A DNA stretch of 55,850 bases from Verrucomicrobiota bacterium (GCA_039818205.1 JBCBUK010000020.1:1-55850); one strand, 5' to 3'; numbered from the stretch's first letter, positions 9,944 through 28,016 are shown. Numbers and translations: made by a program. Notes: generated from the letters alone by a model not told the origin.

Positions 9944-11140
9944 CTACAGACCCTCGCCTGGCACTTCAGCCCACTTGCTGTCGCTCATATCCCCAGACAA
10001 ACTATAGGTCATATTCGGCATCGTGCTGAAGGGCTGAACCACGACTTCACGGACATTTTTTCCGTCCGTTATCTCTCCTACTAGGTTCAGATCTGTTGCC
10101 CGCATGGGCACGCGGAAAATCTTGAAGCTGCCTTTCTGGAGTGTCCCAGAAGTCACGATATGGCGTGAGCCATCGAGGCGAAATGTCAGCGTAAATCGAG
10201 CGGCAAATTGGCCTGCGTTACGAACCTTCATCCAGCCAATGCGGCGGTCAATGATTGCCGGCGCTGCATTACTGGCTGCTGCTTCCGATTCTTCGAAAAC
10301 GAAGCAGTTGAAGATGGCACCATTCTGAATGTTCTCGCGGCCGTGGTTAAATATCTTCCAAACATTACCGTCATGCCAAACACCGGGAACAGCGTTGTTG
10401 TAGGGTCCGGTATCCGCCCAATTATGGGTGACGAAAATCACATCCTCGGGATCATTCATATCCAAAGTGGTCATGTGGTTCTCGGTGGAAGCATAACCGG
10501 CACGGTGCCGCTTGGCCTCCACGTTAAAGGGCTTGCTACCCGGGACGGAATTTTCGCCGTCCTTGACGACCAATACATTGAAACGAACCCCCGCCTCGAG
10601 CGGGCCCTTGTCCTGCCGATAAACGGACCAACGCTCACCATCATACCAAACTCCCAATGGACCGGGAACATAGCTCTCACTCCAATTGGGTGTAATCAGA
10701 ACAGTCGCATCGGGATCGTAGTCACTCGCCGGGTGACTAATCATCGTGTAGTAATCGATGGTGTTCGCCGGAGAAGACGTATGGGTAAATGCGTTGGGCG
10801 AAGACGGATCGATTGCGACCACGTTGAAGGTTGCTTCCAGCGGAAGCGGCGTGCGGTCCTCATTGTAGATGGTCCATCGGCCGGTGTCCGCTTCATACCA
10901 AACGCCCACGGTGTGCGGATTATACACCCCGAAGTTTGGCGTTACAAAAAGCAATTGCTCCGGCTTGCCGTTGACGGATGGGTGGTCCAAGCGAGTCATG
11001 TGCCCACTGACATTGGCCGAGGAGACCTCATGAACAAACGGTTCAACCGCAAAAACGCTCGTTGCAGTGAGTGGCAGCAGCGCAAACAACAGGAGTAGGC
11101 GCGCGAATATATTCTTCGTCCGAGAATCGATCGCATTCAT
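9944..11140 (-). CDS. Secreted protein with three ~80-aa repeats and a C-terminal beta-sandwich resembling cytolysin domain 4
   Basis: Signal peptide; three repeats of H..T....(F/L)(V/I)TxN..GVW(Y/H)....W..(Y/F)N/R....FN; C-term GWMKVRNAGQFAARF...VPMRATDL. Confidence 0.7.
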   Translation of the reverse strand: MNAIDSRTKNIFARLLLLFALLPLTATSVFAVEPFVHEVSSANVSGHMTRLDHPSVNGKPEQLLFVTPNFGVYNPHTVGVWYEADTGRWTIYNEDRTPLPLEATFNVVAIDPSSPNAFTHTSSPANTIDYYTMISHPASDYDPDATVLITPNWSESYVPGPLGVWYDGERWSVYRQDKGPLEAGVRFNVLVVKDGENSVPGSKPFNVEAKRHRAGYASTENHMTTLDMNDPEDVIFVTHNWADTGPYNNAVPGVWHDGNVWKIFNHGRENIQNGAIFNCFVFEESEAAASNAAPAIIDRRIGWMKVRNAGQFAARFTLTFRLDGSRHIVTSGTLQKGSFKIFRVPMRATDLNLVGEITDGKNVREVVVQPFSTMPNMTYSLSGDMSDSKWAEVPGEGL

Positions 11141-11351
11141 AGTGTAGATACTTGTCGAATATCAGTTGAAATCCTTACCGGGCATTCAACCATTGGGATG
11201 AATTAGCAAAGTGTTTACAAAACGGGAGAATTAGTGAATGCCAGAATTTCGGACTGTTGGCCAGCAAATCTCGCTGTTAGACCACGACTTACACGTTTCA
11301 TCACTATTGCCAATTGTTCAAAAACTCGTTTGATAGTCCGAAATGCAATCC

Positions 11352-12242
11352 ATGAAATCTTTCGCTTTCTCATCTTTCTTAACGCTCGCGGCCGCTGGGT
11401 CGCTACTCGCGCAGGACGGAATTCCGGCCAGCGATGCTGCCTCTCAGGCACCTGACAACAAACCATTTGCGGTGAACACCGAGGCATGGGACAGCTTCGT
11501 TAGCTTCAATGGTGAACGCATTTTCGGTGACCCGAAAGAACACAACTTCATCCCAGCGGTTGCCTACTATTCATCTTACACGGTAAGTGGCAAGCGCGTT
11601 GCCAAGAGCACGATCGTGCCCTCTTTCTCGACCAACGGGCCAATGTTTGGCGGTGAAGGCTATGGAACGATTACCGGTGTTCTTCCACTCGAGGGCGACT
11701 TCGTCAATCAACTGAATTTCAATGGTGGGTGGAAATACAACCTCATGGAGTATCTCGGCCTCGATGTCGGTGGCGGCTTTTCCTTCTATAGCGAGAATAG
11801 CTTTGGCGACGGCCAGCCTAACCAGTTTGGCTCCTACTACCGCAACAAGATCTATTTTGGCTTGATCGGTCGCGTTCCACTTAGCCCAGCTGCCTACGCA
11901 GTCTATGACATGCAGCTTGAGCAGATCAAGTTCGTCGCTGGTGTTTCGGAAACCATCGACCTTGCGGAAGACTGGTCTATTTTCGGTGAAGGTCGCTTTG
12001 GCTATGCCAGTGCAAACTCTTACCTGGGCGACAGCCGTGCGCCGCTCGCTGGCAAATGGAGCAACGGTTATGCTTACTGGCTCCTCAGTGCAGACCTTCG
12101 TTGGAATGCCTATAAAGGTCTCGTGCTGACCGCAGGTGTTGGCTACACCGGCAACAACGACGGCACACGGGGAATCGCTAACATCGACCTTGGACCAGAA
12201 AATACCGTCTACGGAAAGTTCTCCGTTTCCTACAGCTTCTAG
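11352..12242 (+). CDS. Putative outer-membrane beta-barrel protein
   Basis: Signal peptide; alternating aromatic/Gly strands; C-terminal 'GKFSVSYSF' BAM-type signal. Confidence 0.7.
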   Translation: MKSFAFSSFLTLAAAGSLLAQDGIPASDAASQAPDNKPFAVNTEAWDSFVSFNGERIFGDPKEHNFIPAVAYYSSYTVSGKRVAKSTIVPSFSTNGPMFGGEGYGTITGVLPLEGDFVNQLNFNGGWKYNLMEYLGLDVGGGFSFYSENSFGDGQPNQFGSYYRNKIYFGLIGRVPLSPAAYAVYDMQLEQIKFVAGVSETIDLAEDWSIFGEGRFGYASANSYLGDSRAPLAGKWSNGYAYWLLSADLRWNAYKGLVLTAGVGYTGNNDGTRGIANIDLGPENTVYGKFSVSYSF

Positions 12243-12264
12243 ACAACGGAATACATTTTTACGA

Positions 12265-12297
12265 AAAAAAGCGGATGGGTTCACCATCCGCTTTTTT
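12265..12297. terminator. Bidirectional rho-independent terminator
   Basis: AAAAAAGCGGATGG-gttca-CCATCCGCTTTTTT between convergent OMP gene and lysS. Confidence 0.85.
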
Positions 12298-12317
12298 GTT
12301 GGAAATCTATCAGAGAC

Positions 12318-13976
12318 CTAATCGTCTGCCTTAGGTCGCAGTGTTGGAAAGAGAATCGTATCGCGAATGTTGGACGCCGAGGTCAACAGGATCACCAAGC
12401 GATCGATACCAACTCCCATCCCACCAGCCGGCGGCATACCATGCTCCAACGCTGTCAGGAAGTCTTCGTCCAAGTTCTGAACCTCGTCGCCGACCTGTGC
12501 CTCGAACATCTCACGCTGCACGAAGGGATCGTTTTGCTCAGAGTATGCTGGCGCAATCTCTTGGCCGTTGATGCAAAGTTCAAACACGTCAAGCGTGCCA
12601 TCGTCGGACTCATTCAGCTTTGCCAGCGGGCACAGTTCCTTGGGAATCCGAGTCACGAAAGTCGGTTGGATCAGCTTCGGCTCAATCAACTTCTCAAAGA
12701 CGTCTTGGGTGACTGCAAAGTCGTCCAGATCAGGGTCAACTTGGATACCCAGCTTTTCGCAGGCCGCTAGCTTCTCGTCTCGGGAACGCTCAAACCATTG
12801 CGGATCGGCTGTCGCCTCGAGCACCAATTCGTTGTAAGTCGCTTCACGCCACGGTGCGGCGAAATCGATGACTTCATCCTTGTCGTAAACGGGAATTTGG
12901 AATGTCCCCAGGACGTTTTCGCAAAGGTGGTGAATCAGCCCCTTGATCAAATCCATCATCCCCCGGTGGTCGGTATAGGCCTGATAGACCTCCAGCATGG
13001 TAAACTCTGGATTGTGGCGCCGGGAGAGTCCCTCGTTTCGGAACACCCGACCAAGCTCGAACACGCGATCCATTCCACCGACGAGCATACGCTTCAGGTG
13101 GAGCTCCAAGGCAATGCGCAGGTAGAAGTCGCAATCAAGCGCATTCATGTGCGTAATGAACGGGCGCGCTGCAGCACCACCAGCCACATTGTGGAGGCAA
13201 GGCGTTTCAACCTCTGAGAAATCACGATCCCACAGATATCGACGGATCTCCTGGATGATCTTGCTCCGCAAACGGAACCGCTTGCGGCTCTCCTCACTGC
13301 TGATCAAATCGAGATAGCGCTGACGATAAATCTGTTCGCTATCCGTCATACCGTGAAACTTCTCTGGCAGTGGGCGCATGGACTTAGATACGATCGCGTA
13401 GTCCTTAATATGCACGGTGATTTCGCCCGTTGAGGTCCGGAAGCTTGGCCCCGTCACTCCGACGATATCACCGATATCAATCATCTTCTTAAAGAAGTTA
13501 TTGTATTCACCTTCGGGCAAATCATCGCGAGTTACGTAAAGCTGAATCAAGCCATCACGGTCGAGAATTTTAAGGAAGCTTGCCTTACCCATGACACGGA
13601 AGGTCACAACACGGCCAGCCACCGAGACCTCGGGTCCCATCGGAACATCTGGCTTCTCGGGCACCTCCGGTAGCTCAAAGGGATCTTCGGGAGTGATTTC
13701 GCCCGCCTGGATTTTTGCCCGCCGCTCATGCTTGGCGGCGCTGAGTTTCTCGGCCGCTGCCTCGTAAACCGCCAACTCCTCTTTTACTTTTGGGTTGGCC
13801 GCGTAAAATGCGCTCTCATCCGCCTCAAACTGGGCGAAGGCCTGCGCAGACGTATGAGTCTGTTCCCAGTTCGCGCGGAAGGGATCGCGTCCCGCTTGGC
13901 GCAACTTATCGAGCTTCTCGCGACGAACGGCGAAGAGGTCGTGGGAATTATCTTTTTCGGGCTTATTCTGGCTCAT
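12318..13976 (-). CDS. lysS: Lysine--tRNA ligase (class II)
   Basis: VAGRV..MGKASF, YRQRYLDL, GGAAARPF, FRNEG..HNPEFTMLE, GMPPAGGMGVGIDRL; ATG 13976. Confidence 0.97.
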   Translation of the reverse strand: MSQNKPEKDNSHDLFAVRREKLDKLRQAGRDPFRANWEQTHTSAQAFAQFEADESAFYAANPKVKEELAVYEAAAEKLSAAKHERRAKIQAGEITPEDPFELPEVPEKPDVPMGPEVSVAGRVVTFRVMGKASFLKILDRDGLIQLYVTRDDLPEGEYNNFFKKMIDIGDIVGVTGPSFRTSTGEITVHIKDYAIVSKSMRPLPEKFHGMTDSEQIYRQRYLDLISSEESRKRFRLRSKIIQEIRRYLWDRDFSEVETPCLHNVAGGAAARPFITHMNALDCDFYLRIALELHLKRMLVGGMDRVFELGRVFRNEGLSRRHNPEFTMLEVYQAYTDHRGMMDLIKGLIHHLCENVLGTFQIPVYDKDEVIDFAAPWREATYNELVLEATADPQWFERSRDEKLAACEKLGIQVDPDLDDFAVTQDVFEKLIEPKLIQPTFVTRIPKELCPLAKLNESDDGTLDVFELCINGQEIAPAYSEQNDPFVQREMFEAQVGDEVQNLDEDFLTALEHGMPPAGGMGVGIDRLVILLTSASNIRDTILFPTLRPKADD

Positions 13977-14138
13977 GAGAAGCGAGCAAAACTGACGCCC
14001 CGCCCAACCAATGGCAACGGTAAAGCGCCCGCCATTGCCGACAAATATCTGACAAGAATTGACCGGATTTTGACCCGCGGATGACAACCGAACCAAAGCG
14101 TTTTGCTAGGATCAGCAGCGAACAAAATCTGATTAAAT

Positions 14139-14582
14139 ATGGATACATCAATGACCGCATCTTACCGCGCCGCCCGCGCGTTCACGCTTCTTGAAATCAT
14201 CATCGTTGTTGGGCTCATTGCCGCACTCGCTGGAGCCCTTATCGTCAACCTCAAAGACAGCGACCGCGCCGCCAAAATCAAGATTGAGGAGAACTACCTC
14301 ACCTCCGGAATCGACGTCCCACTGATGAACTACCGCCTAAGCACTGGAACATACCCGACCACCTCCCAAGGGCTGGCAGCTCTCCTGCAAAAGCCCGCAG
14401 ACTTTCGCGGCAAATGGCGTGGCCCATTCACCAAGCATCCGCTCGTCGATTCTTGGGGCTCCGCCTATAACTACCGCTTCCCTGGCGAACACTTCGAAAG
14501 CCAGCCAGACATCTGGTCAAGTGGCCCCAATCGGATCAACGAAGACGGCGCCGGTGACGACATCAACAACTGGGATCAATAG
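14139..14582 (+). CDS. gspG: Type II secretion major pseudopilin GspG-like
   Basis: A|FTLLE prepilin site; YPTTSQGLAALL, DSWGSAYNY, DIWSSGPN, DDINNW. Confidence 0.85.
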   Translation: MDTSMTASYRAARAFTLLEIIIVVGLIAALAGALIVNLKDSDRAAKIKIEENYLTSGIDVPLMNYRLSTGTYPTTSQGLAALLQKPADFRGKWRGPFTKHPLVDSWGSAYNYRFPGEHFESQPDIWSSGPNRINEDGAGDDINNWDQ

Positions 14583-14609
14583 CAGCCAACCGGCCAAAAG
14601 ACCGAGCAA

Positions 14610-15227
14610 TTATAGCTTATCGAGCAGTTTCTCGAACGGGTCTTTGTCCCGCAGTACGTAATAGAGAAATGCGCCAAAAATACCGTGAAAGATACCGAGT
14701 GGAATAATGTTCGGACGGAAGTAAAACAGCCCCGCAAACAACAGCCCGCCCAAGGCGGTGAACTTGATCATGAACATCGACGGGTAATGGACAATCGTGT
14801 AGGCGAAGGCGGCCAGCAGGATACTGAAATAACCGAGGCCAACTTTCTTGCAGGCATTGAGAAAGATCCCCTGGAAGACAAACTGCTGGATAAGCCCCCA
14901 AATCGGATAGAGCATCAGCGCGTAGAAGAAGTGTAGCGGATGATGGACTCCGTTGATCAATGCATAGATCGTCAACCCAAGCAAAATTGGCCCCAACACC
15001 ATACAGCTCAACCGGGTGGCGTCTTTCAGATTGTCCGTGCGAACACCAAAGTAGGCAAAGTCACGATCGCCAAATCGTGACTCCAAATACGCGTAGAGAA
15101 CCAGAACGAACAATAGCGGGACAATGAACCAAGCATTGAACGCGAGTCGCTGATGAAAAACCGCGTAGCCGATCCCGCCCGTCAGCGTTACAATAATCTC
15201 GAGAGGATATTTTATTCGATTCCACAT
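14610..15227 (-). CDS. CPBP (CAAX/Abi) intramembrane protease-like protein
   Basis: Hydrophobic; QQFVFQG (EE replaced by QQ), IVHYP, LGIFHG. Confidence 0.65.
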   Translation of the reverse strand: MWNRIKYPLEIIVTLTGGIGYAVFHQRLAFNAWFIVPLLFVLVLYAYLESRFGDRDFAYFGVRTDNLKDATRLSCMVLGPILLGLTIYALINGVHHPLHFFYALMLYPIWGLIQQFVFQGIFLNACKKVGLGYFSILLAAFAYTIVHYPSMFMIKFTALGGLLFAGLFYFRPNIIPLGIFHGIFGAFLYYVLRDKDPFEKLLDKL

Positions 15228-15322
15228 GGATTGTCGGTCGATCGTCTATCCTAACCGCAATCCGGACGAAATGTTCGCTGAACTATCGATCCAGAATGAT
15301 TTAGCGACAATCGCAAACCAGG

Positions 15323-15679
15323 CTAATGCTGGGTCTCCCAAGGCTTTGAGTTGCGGTGATATTTCCCCGCGTGGAACCCGCTAAAGTAGATATTCACCCA
15401 GGGATGCATCACGCAGCTCTGTTGATCATCAGCTTCCAAATTACTATGCGCGGCATAGGTGGTTTGGTCAGTTTCATCGACCAAAATAAAATACCAAGGC
15501 TGTTCACGAACCGGCTGTGTCTGATTCTTCAGATACCACTCGTCAGAGGCTTGGCAGGTCGGGTCCCGATGAACGACCACACCGCGATACCCATACCGAC
15601 GGTGCTTAACCAAGTCTCCCGGTTCAAATGCGGGTGATGCCTGGCCGCCTTCCTCAAATGCCTCACGTGGTGCAATCAT
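15323..15679 (-). CDS. hspQ: HspQ/YccV-like protein
   Basis: FEPGDLVKHRRYGYRGVV..DP, QPWY..LVD, TYAAHSNL, HP. Confidence 0.85.
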   Translation of the reverse strand: MIAPREAFEEGGQASPAFEPGDLVKHRRYGYRGVVVHRDPTCQASDEWYLKNQTQPVREQPWYFILVDETDQTTYAAHSNLEADDQQSCVMHPWVNIYFSGFHAGKYHRNSKPWETQH

Positions 15680-15735
15680 AACAAATTAACGGGCAGGAAA
15701 GCGGCGGCACGGACCCAGACTGTAGCGCCCAAGGC

Positions 15736-16296
15736 TTAATGCCCCATCGCTTTCCACAGCGCTTTGAGTCGGTTGCCCCAATTCGCTTTTTCAGTCTCCG
15801 ATGGTGCTGGTGCGTCCAAAGCGTCTTCGTCCCACCATTGGGGCGACTCGGTCTTGAGACCTGTTGCATTCCGAAATGTAAAGAGAATCACGGGAATGGT
15901 TTCCCGCGGATCGAGCTCAACACCGGTTTTAAAGATCAAGTCCATTTGATGGACGTAGTTCTCACTGCCTCGCATACTCGCTGGCACCGAAGTGATTGAC
16001 TGGATCGAGGGCAGCTGAGGCTTCAAAGAAGCCATGGTCAGCTTGTCGATGACCTGCTCAATCCGGTCCTCGGACCCCGCACCCATTGTATCGACAACGA
16101 AGGTCAAACACAGGTAGTTCACCCGCGCGCTCTGTGAGCCGACCTTGGGACGAGCGACCTTGCAGAGCCCTTCCATCGTTCGGGCATTGCCCGGTGCTGA
16201 TTGGTAAAAATTGAAGAAAGCCAGAAACTCCTCCTGCGAAAAGAAGTCCTGCAGTTCGTCTTGTGCGTCTGAATTGGGTAAGGGTAAGTCGCTCAT
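15736..16296 (-). CDS. Hypothetical protein
   Basis: ~186-aa ORF co-oriented with neighbours, fills the gap after the rpoC terminator. Confidence 0.7.
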   Translation of the reverse strand: MSDLPLPNSDAQDELQDFFSQEEFLAFFNFYQSAPGNARTMEGLCKVARPKVGSQSARVNYLCLTFVVDTMGAGSEDRIEQVIDKLTMASLKPQLPSIQSITSVPASMRGSENYVHQMDLIFKTGVELDPRETIPVILFTFRNATGLKTESPQWWDEDALDAPAPSETEKANWGNRLKALWKAMGH

Positions 16297-16445
16297 AATA
16301 GTCGAAATGGTTGGGTTTAGCCTACAGGCACGGTCCGTCATGACTAGGAAAAAATGCGAATGTTGGTTTTGCGACTCGCATTCTTGTCCAATTGAGAGCC
16401 CGTTGCCTGGTCATTTATTCTATCACGTAGATCGAATCTGAGTAC

Positions 16446-16475
16446 AAAAAAACGCCCCGATTCCTCGGGACGTTT
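16446..16475 (-). terminator. Rho-independent terminator of rpoBC
   Basis: Minus strand AAACGTCCCGA-ggaa-TCGGGGCGTT followed by a T-run, just after the rpoC stop. Confidence 0.8.
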
Positions 16476-16499
16476 GAAATTGTTCGTTTTAAGGCCGAA

Positions 16500-20663
<4,164 letters not shown>

Positions 20664-20688
20664 GTATTTCCTCCGGAAAAATTAGTAG

Positions 20689-24510
<3,822 letters not shown>

Positions 24511-24763
24511 GATGCTACTTGCGGGTGTTGGAATTCGGTGAACCGTGTGGTGTAGGCGGTGTAACGACCGCCGGCAAGGCGCTGGGGTGGGTCCAACGCG
24601 CTGCCGGCGAGCGTCTTAACGCATGAATGTAGGGCTGGTAGTGTTAAACGTCGAAGGCGGACCCCCCATTTGGCGGGCCCGCTCTCGAGCGGAAATAAAG
24701 GATGCGATGCTAGAAATGCTAATTGTTGCTTCCTTGAGTGGTGTTAAACAAGCGTAAAATAAC

Positions 24764-25147
24764 TTACTTGATTTCGACTTCGGCGCCAGCGTCCTTGAGC
24801 TTCTTTTCGAGCTCGGCAGCTTCTTCCTTGGAAACGGCTTCCTTAACTGGCTTTGGCGCGCTCTCAACCAATTCCTTAGCTTCCTTGAGGCCAAGACCGG
24901 TGATTTCGCGAACAGCCTTAATAGAAGCAATCTTGTTGCCACCTGGTGCCTTGAAGATGACGTCGAATTCGTCCTTCTCTTCTTCAGCAGCGGCTTCGCC
25001 ACCGCCACCGCCAGCAGCGGCAACAGCTACAGGAGCAGCAGCGCTTACGCCCCACTTCTCTTCGAGGTCCTTAACGAGACCGGCAACTTCAAGAACGGAT
25101 TGATTGCTCAACCATTCGATAACTTGATCTTTAGTGATGTCTGACAT
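24764..25147 (-). CDS. rplL: 50S ribosomal protein L7/L12
   Basis: Ala/Gly hinge; [20 protein letters not shown]. Confidence 0.98.
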   Translation of the reverse strand: MSDITKDQVIEWLSNQSVLEVAGLVKDLEEKWGVSAAAPVAVAAAGGGGGEAAAEEEKDEFDVIFKAPGGNKIASIKAVREITGLGLKEAKELVESAPKPVKEAVSKEEAAELEKKLKDAGAEVEIK

Positions 25148-25153
25148 GATAGT

Positions 25154-25213
25154 TCCTTGAATGACAGGTCGCTGGTGCGATTTAAGGGCAATCCCCCTGA
25201 TCGGTTCTTTGGA
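25154..25213 (-). promoter_or_regulatory. Candidate L10-leader-like structured RNA directly upstream of rplL
   Basis: Minus strand TCCAAAGAACCGATCAGG-GGGattgCCC-TTAAAT-CGCaccaGCG-A-CCTGTC-ATTCAAGGA; the closing pairing overlaps the SD. Confidence 0.4.
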
Positions 25214-25260
25214 TATTAGTTTAGTTTCTACCTATTTGGGTAAAAGTGAATAAAAATGTG

Positions 25261-25776
25261 CTACTCGCCGTCTTTGTCGACTTTGGCTTGGAGAACATTG
25301 AGCAGGCCTTGTGGGCCAGCGATAAGAACGCGGACGGTTTGCGAGGCAGGCGTATTGAGCAAGCTGAGGAACTTCGCGCGAAGTTCGTCGAGGCTTGGCA
25401 GCTTGGAAAGGGCTTCAACCTCGTCCTTGCTCAATGATGTGTCACCGAGAACGCCCTTCTTGACCTCAACCTTTTCCTTCTCCTTGAAGAACTTCATCAA
25501 GACCTTAGCCACCTCAGATGGATTGGGACCACCGACGACGATCGCCGTTGGGCCAGTCAACACATCTTCGAGATCCGGCAACTCACGTGCCTTGGCTGCG
25601 GTATTGAGAATGCTGTTCTTCACCACGTGGAACTCGGCGTCTTGAGCGGCCAATTGGCCACGCAGCTCGGCGGTTTCCGCTACGGTGAGGCGGTTAAAAT
25701 CGGTCAAGAATACGTATTCGCTCTTGGAAAGGTACTCGGAAACTTCGTCAACGAGGAATTGTTTTTCTGGTCTCAT
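25261..25776 (-). CDS. rplJ: 50S ribosomal protein L10
   Basis: VVKNSIL, GPTAI, LSKLPSLDELRAK; synteny. Confidence 0.97.
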   Translation of the reverse strand: MRPEKQFLVDEVSEYLSKSEYVFLTDFNRLTVAETAELRGQLAAQDAEFHVVKNSILNTAAKARELPDLEDVLTGPTAIVVGGPNPSEVAKVLMKFFKEKEKVEVKKGVLGDTSLSKDEVEALSKLPSLDELRAKFLSLLNTPASQTVRVLIAGPQGLLNVLQAKVDKDGE

Positions 25777-25790
25777 CTTAGGTATCCTCC

Positions 25791-26486
25791 TTAGTTCTGT
25801 TGAACGGCCTTAACGTCAATGCGGACGCCTGGGCTCATGGTGGAGCTAATCGTCAAGCTCTTGAGAAACTGCCCTCCCTTGAAAGTATCCGGGCGAGATT
25901 TAACGAGGCTATCGATAGCGGTCTTCGCGTTGTCCATGATCTGCTCCTTGGAGAAGGAACGCTTTCCGACGACGACGGAGACGTTAGCGGTCTTGTCCAT
26001 CTTGTATTCGACGCGACCGGCCTTAACCGCCTGAACGATCTTGGCAATGTCGTCACCAACGGTGCCAGATTTCGGATTCGGCATCAGGCCACGGGGACCC
26101 AAAACGCGGGCAACCTTGCGAACTTCCTTCATCGCACCCGGTGTCGCCACCGCTACGTCGAAGTCCATCCAGCCACCTTGAACCTTTTCGATCAGCTCTT
26201 CGAGGCCCACGTGCTCAGCACCGGCTTCCTTCGCTGCGTCGGGATTTTCAGTAAATACTGCAACAACAACGGTCTTACCCGAGCCGTGTGGCAGGGCAAC
26301 GGTTCCACGAACCATCTGAGTGGTCTGGCGTGGATCAACACCGAGGTGTGCGTAAACTTCAACGGTTTCGTCGAACTTGGCAGTGGGGAACTTATTCAGC
26401 GTATCCACCGCTTCGTCGAGCGAGTAATTCTTGGCGAGATCAAGGCTTTCAAGAGCCTTCGCCATACGTTTGCTTTGCTTTGGCAT
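25791..26486 (-). CDS. rplA: 50S ribosomal protein L1
   Basis: KFDETVE, VRGTVALPHG, LGPRGLMPNPKSGTV, STMSPG; ATG 26486 with GGAGG SD. Confidence 0.98.
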   Translation of the reverse strand: MPKQSKRMAKALESLDLAKNYSLDEAVDTLNKFPTAKFDETVEVYAHLGVDPRQTTQMVRGTVALPHGSGKTVVVAVFTENPDAAKEAGAEHVGLEELIEKVQGGWMDFDVAVATPGAMKEVRKVARVLGPRGLMPNPKSGTVGDDIAKIVQAVKAGRVEYKMDKTANVSVVVGKRSFSKEQIMDNAKTAIDSLVKSRPDTFKGGQFLKSLTISSTMSPGVRIDVKAVQQN

Positions 26487-26505
26487 GGTATCAGTCTCCT
26501 CCCAA

Positions 26506-26934
26506 TTAGTCCTCAACTTCGATACCCATTGAGCGGGCGGTGCCAGCAATCATGCGGGCTGCCATCTCTGGATCAGAAGCGTTAAGGTCGTTCTTCTTAA
26601 TTTCGACGATTTCAAGAATCTGCTTCTTGGTCACCTTTCCGACTTTGTCTTTATTCGGAGTTCCGGATCCCTTAGCGATTCCTGCGGCCTTTTTCAGGAG
26701 CACCGGTGCGGGCGGGCTCTTGAGGATGAAGGTGAAGGAGCGATCCGCGTAAACCGTGATCACAACCGGCAGAATCATTCCTGCCTGGTCCTTCGTCTTC
26801 GCATTGAATTCTTTACAGAAGCCCATGATGTTCACGCCATGTGCACCAAGCGCCGGACCAACTGGTGGCGCAGGGTTAGCGGATCCAGCGGGCAACTGGA
26901 GTCTGATTTCGCCTACTGCTTTTTTCTTAGCCAT
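26506..26934 (-). CDS. rplK: 50S ribosomal protein L11
   Basis: [26 protein letters not shown]. Confidence 0.98.
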   Translation of the reverse strand: MAKKKAVGEIRLQLPAGSANPAPPVGPALGAHGVNIMGFCKEFNAKTKDQAGMILPVVITVYADRSFTFILKSPPAPVLLKKAAGIAKGSGTPNKDKVGKVTKKQILEIVEIKKNDLNASDPEMAARMIAGTARSMGIEVED

Positions 26935-26990
26935 TGTATATTATGCGGTGTTAGCGAGGTCCTTTTAGCATCAACCCGGGTGGTTTCTGC

Positions 26991-27569
26991 TTAGGACTCT
27001 TCCGCGCGTTCGATTTGCCAGTATTCCAGCTCGACCGGCGTAAAGCGGCCGAAAATGGATACCGAAACTTTGAGTTTCCCACGCTCGGGATCGATTTCGT
27101 CGATCCGGCCGGTGAGATTAAGAAAGGGACCGTCGGTAATTTTGACTTCTTCGCCGACTTCGTATTCGACCTTTGGCTTTTCCTGCCCTTCGGCTTGCTT
27201 CACCTGGTCGAGAATGCGGTTGATTTCGTCCTGCTTAAGAGGGACGGGATTATCACCGCCGATAAATCCAATAATGCCCTGCACACCACGGACAAAATAC
27301 CATGGCTTTTGGAGGACCTTGCTATTGTCGTCATACATCCGCATGTGGATGAAGACGTAGCCCGGGTAGAGCTTGCGCTGTTTGGTGTATTTCTTTCCGC
27401 TCTTAACTTCGGTGACCGTTTCAGTCGGCATCAAGACCTCCTTGATGTAGTCACCCATTTCTTCCACCTCGATGAACTTATCGAGATAGCGCTTCACCTT
27501 GGCTTCCTGGTTTGAAAGCGTTTGAACGGCATACCATTGAATTTCGCTCAACTGGATAGGATTCGGCAT
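26991..27569 (-). CDS. nusG: Transcription termination/antitermination factor NusG
   Basis: [37 protein letters not shown]. Confidence 0.97.
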   Translation of the reverse strand: MPNPIQLSEIQWYAVQTLSNQEAKVKRYLDKFIEVEEMGDYIKEVLMPTETVTEVKSGKKYTKQRKLYPGYVFIHMRMYDDNSKVLQKPWYFVRGVQGIIGFIGGDNPVPLKQDEINRILDQVKQAEGQEKPKVEYEVGEEVKITDGPFLNLTGRIDEIDPERGKLKVSVSIFGRFTPVELEYWQIERAEES

Positions 27570-27614
27570 GTGAGGAAGGAAATATTTAAAAAAAGCGGAA
27601 GTGCGGGGCCAGAA

Positions 27615-27827
27615 TTAGCCCTTGCCGCCAACGAGGACCGTGAACAGGTCAACTACGTTGAACAAAGCGAAGTCAGCCAAGCTGACGAAAGCTCCGATAA
27701 TAATGATACCCATGACCACGACCAAGGTTAGCTCGCGCAGCTCTTTGCCGTTGGGCCACTGGGACTTTTTGAGCTCCGTTGCGGTCTCGCCGTAGAAGAT
27801 ACGAAGTTTTGCGAATGGATTGGCCAT
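27615..27827 (-). CDS. secE: Preprotein translocase SecE
   Basis: ELKKSQWP motif plus one TM; upstream of nusG. Confidence 0.93.
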   Translation of the reverse strand: MANPFAKLRIFYGETATELKKSQWPNGKELRELTLVVVMGIIIIGAFVSLADFALFNVVDLFTVLVGGKG

Positions 27828-27940
27828 GGTCTCTGGAGAATTCGGAGGAGGAAATGAAGTCCGTAAATTGACAGAATGTCAGGGTGATTAAGAAATGCCT
27901 AGGTCGTTGGCACCTCGGACCGGAATTTACGAACTGAAAG

Positions 27941-28016
27941 TGGCAGGGCGGGAGGGATTCGAACCCCCAACTTGCGGTTTTGGAGACCGCTGCTCTACCA
28001 ATTGAACTACCGCCCT
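27941..28016 (-). tRNA. tRNA-Trp (CCA)
   Basis: Revcomp AGGGCGG...GCGGT-CTCCAAA-ACCGC...GGTTCGAATCC...CCGCCCT-G-CCA. Confidence 0.97.

Noticed and set aside
10208..12287. 296-aa and 238-aa ORFs opposite the secreted and OMP genes
   Set aside because: Shadow ORFs; the opposite strands carry signal peptides and coherent domains
26484..26505. Possible L1 autoregulatory site before rplA
   Set aside because: Too short to distinguish from a plain SD sequence
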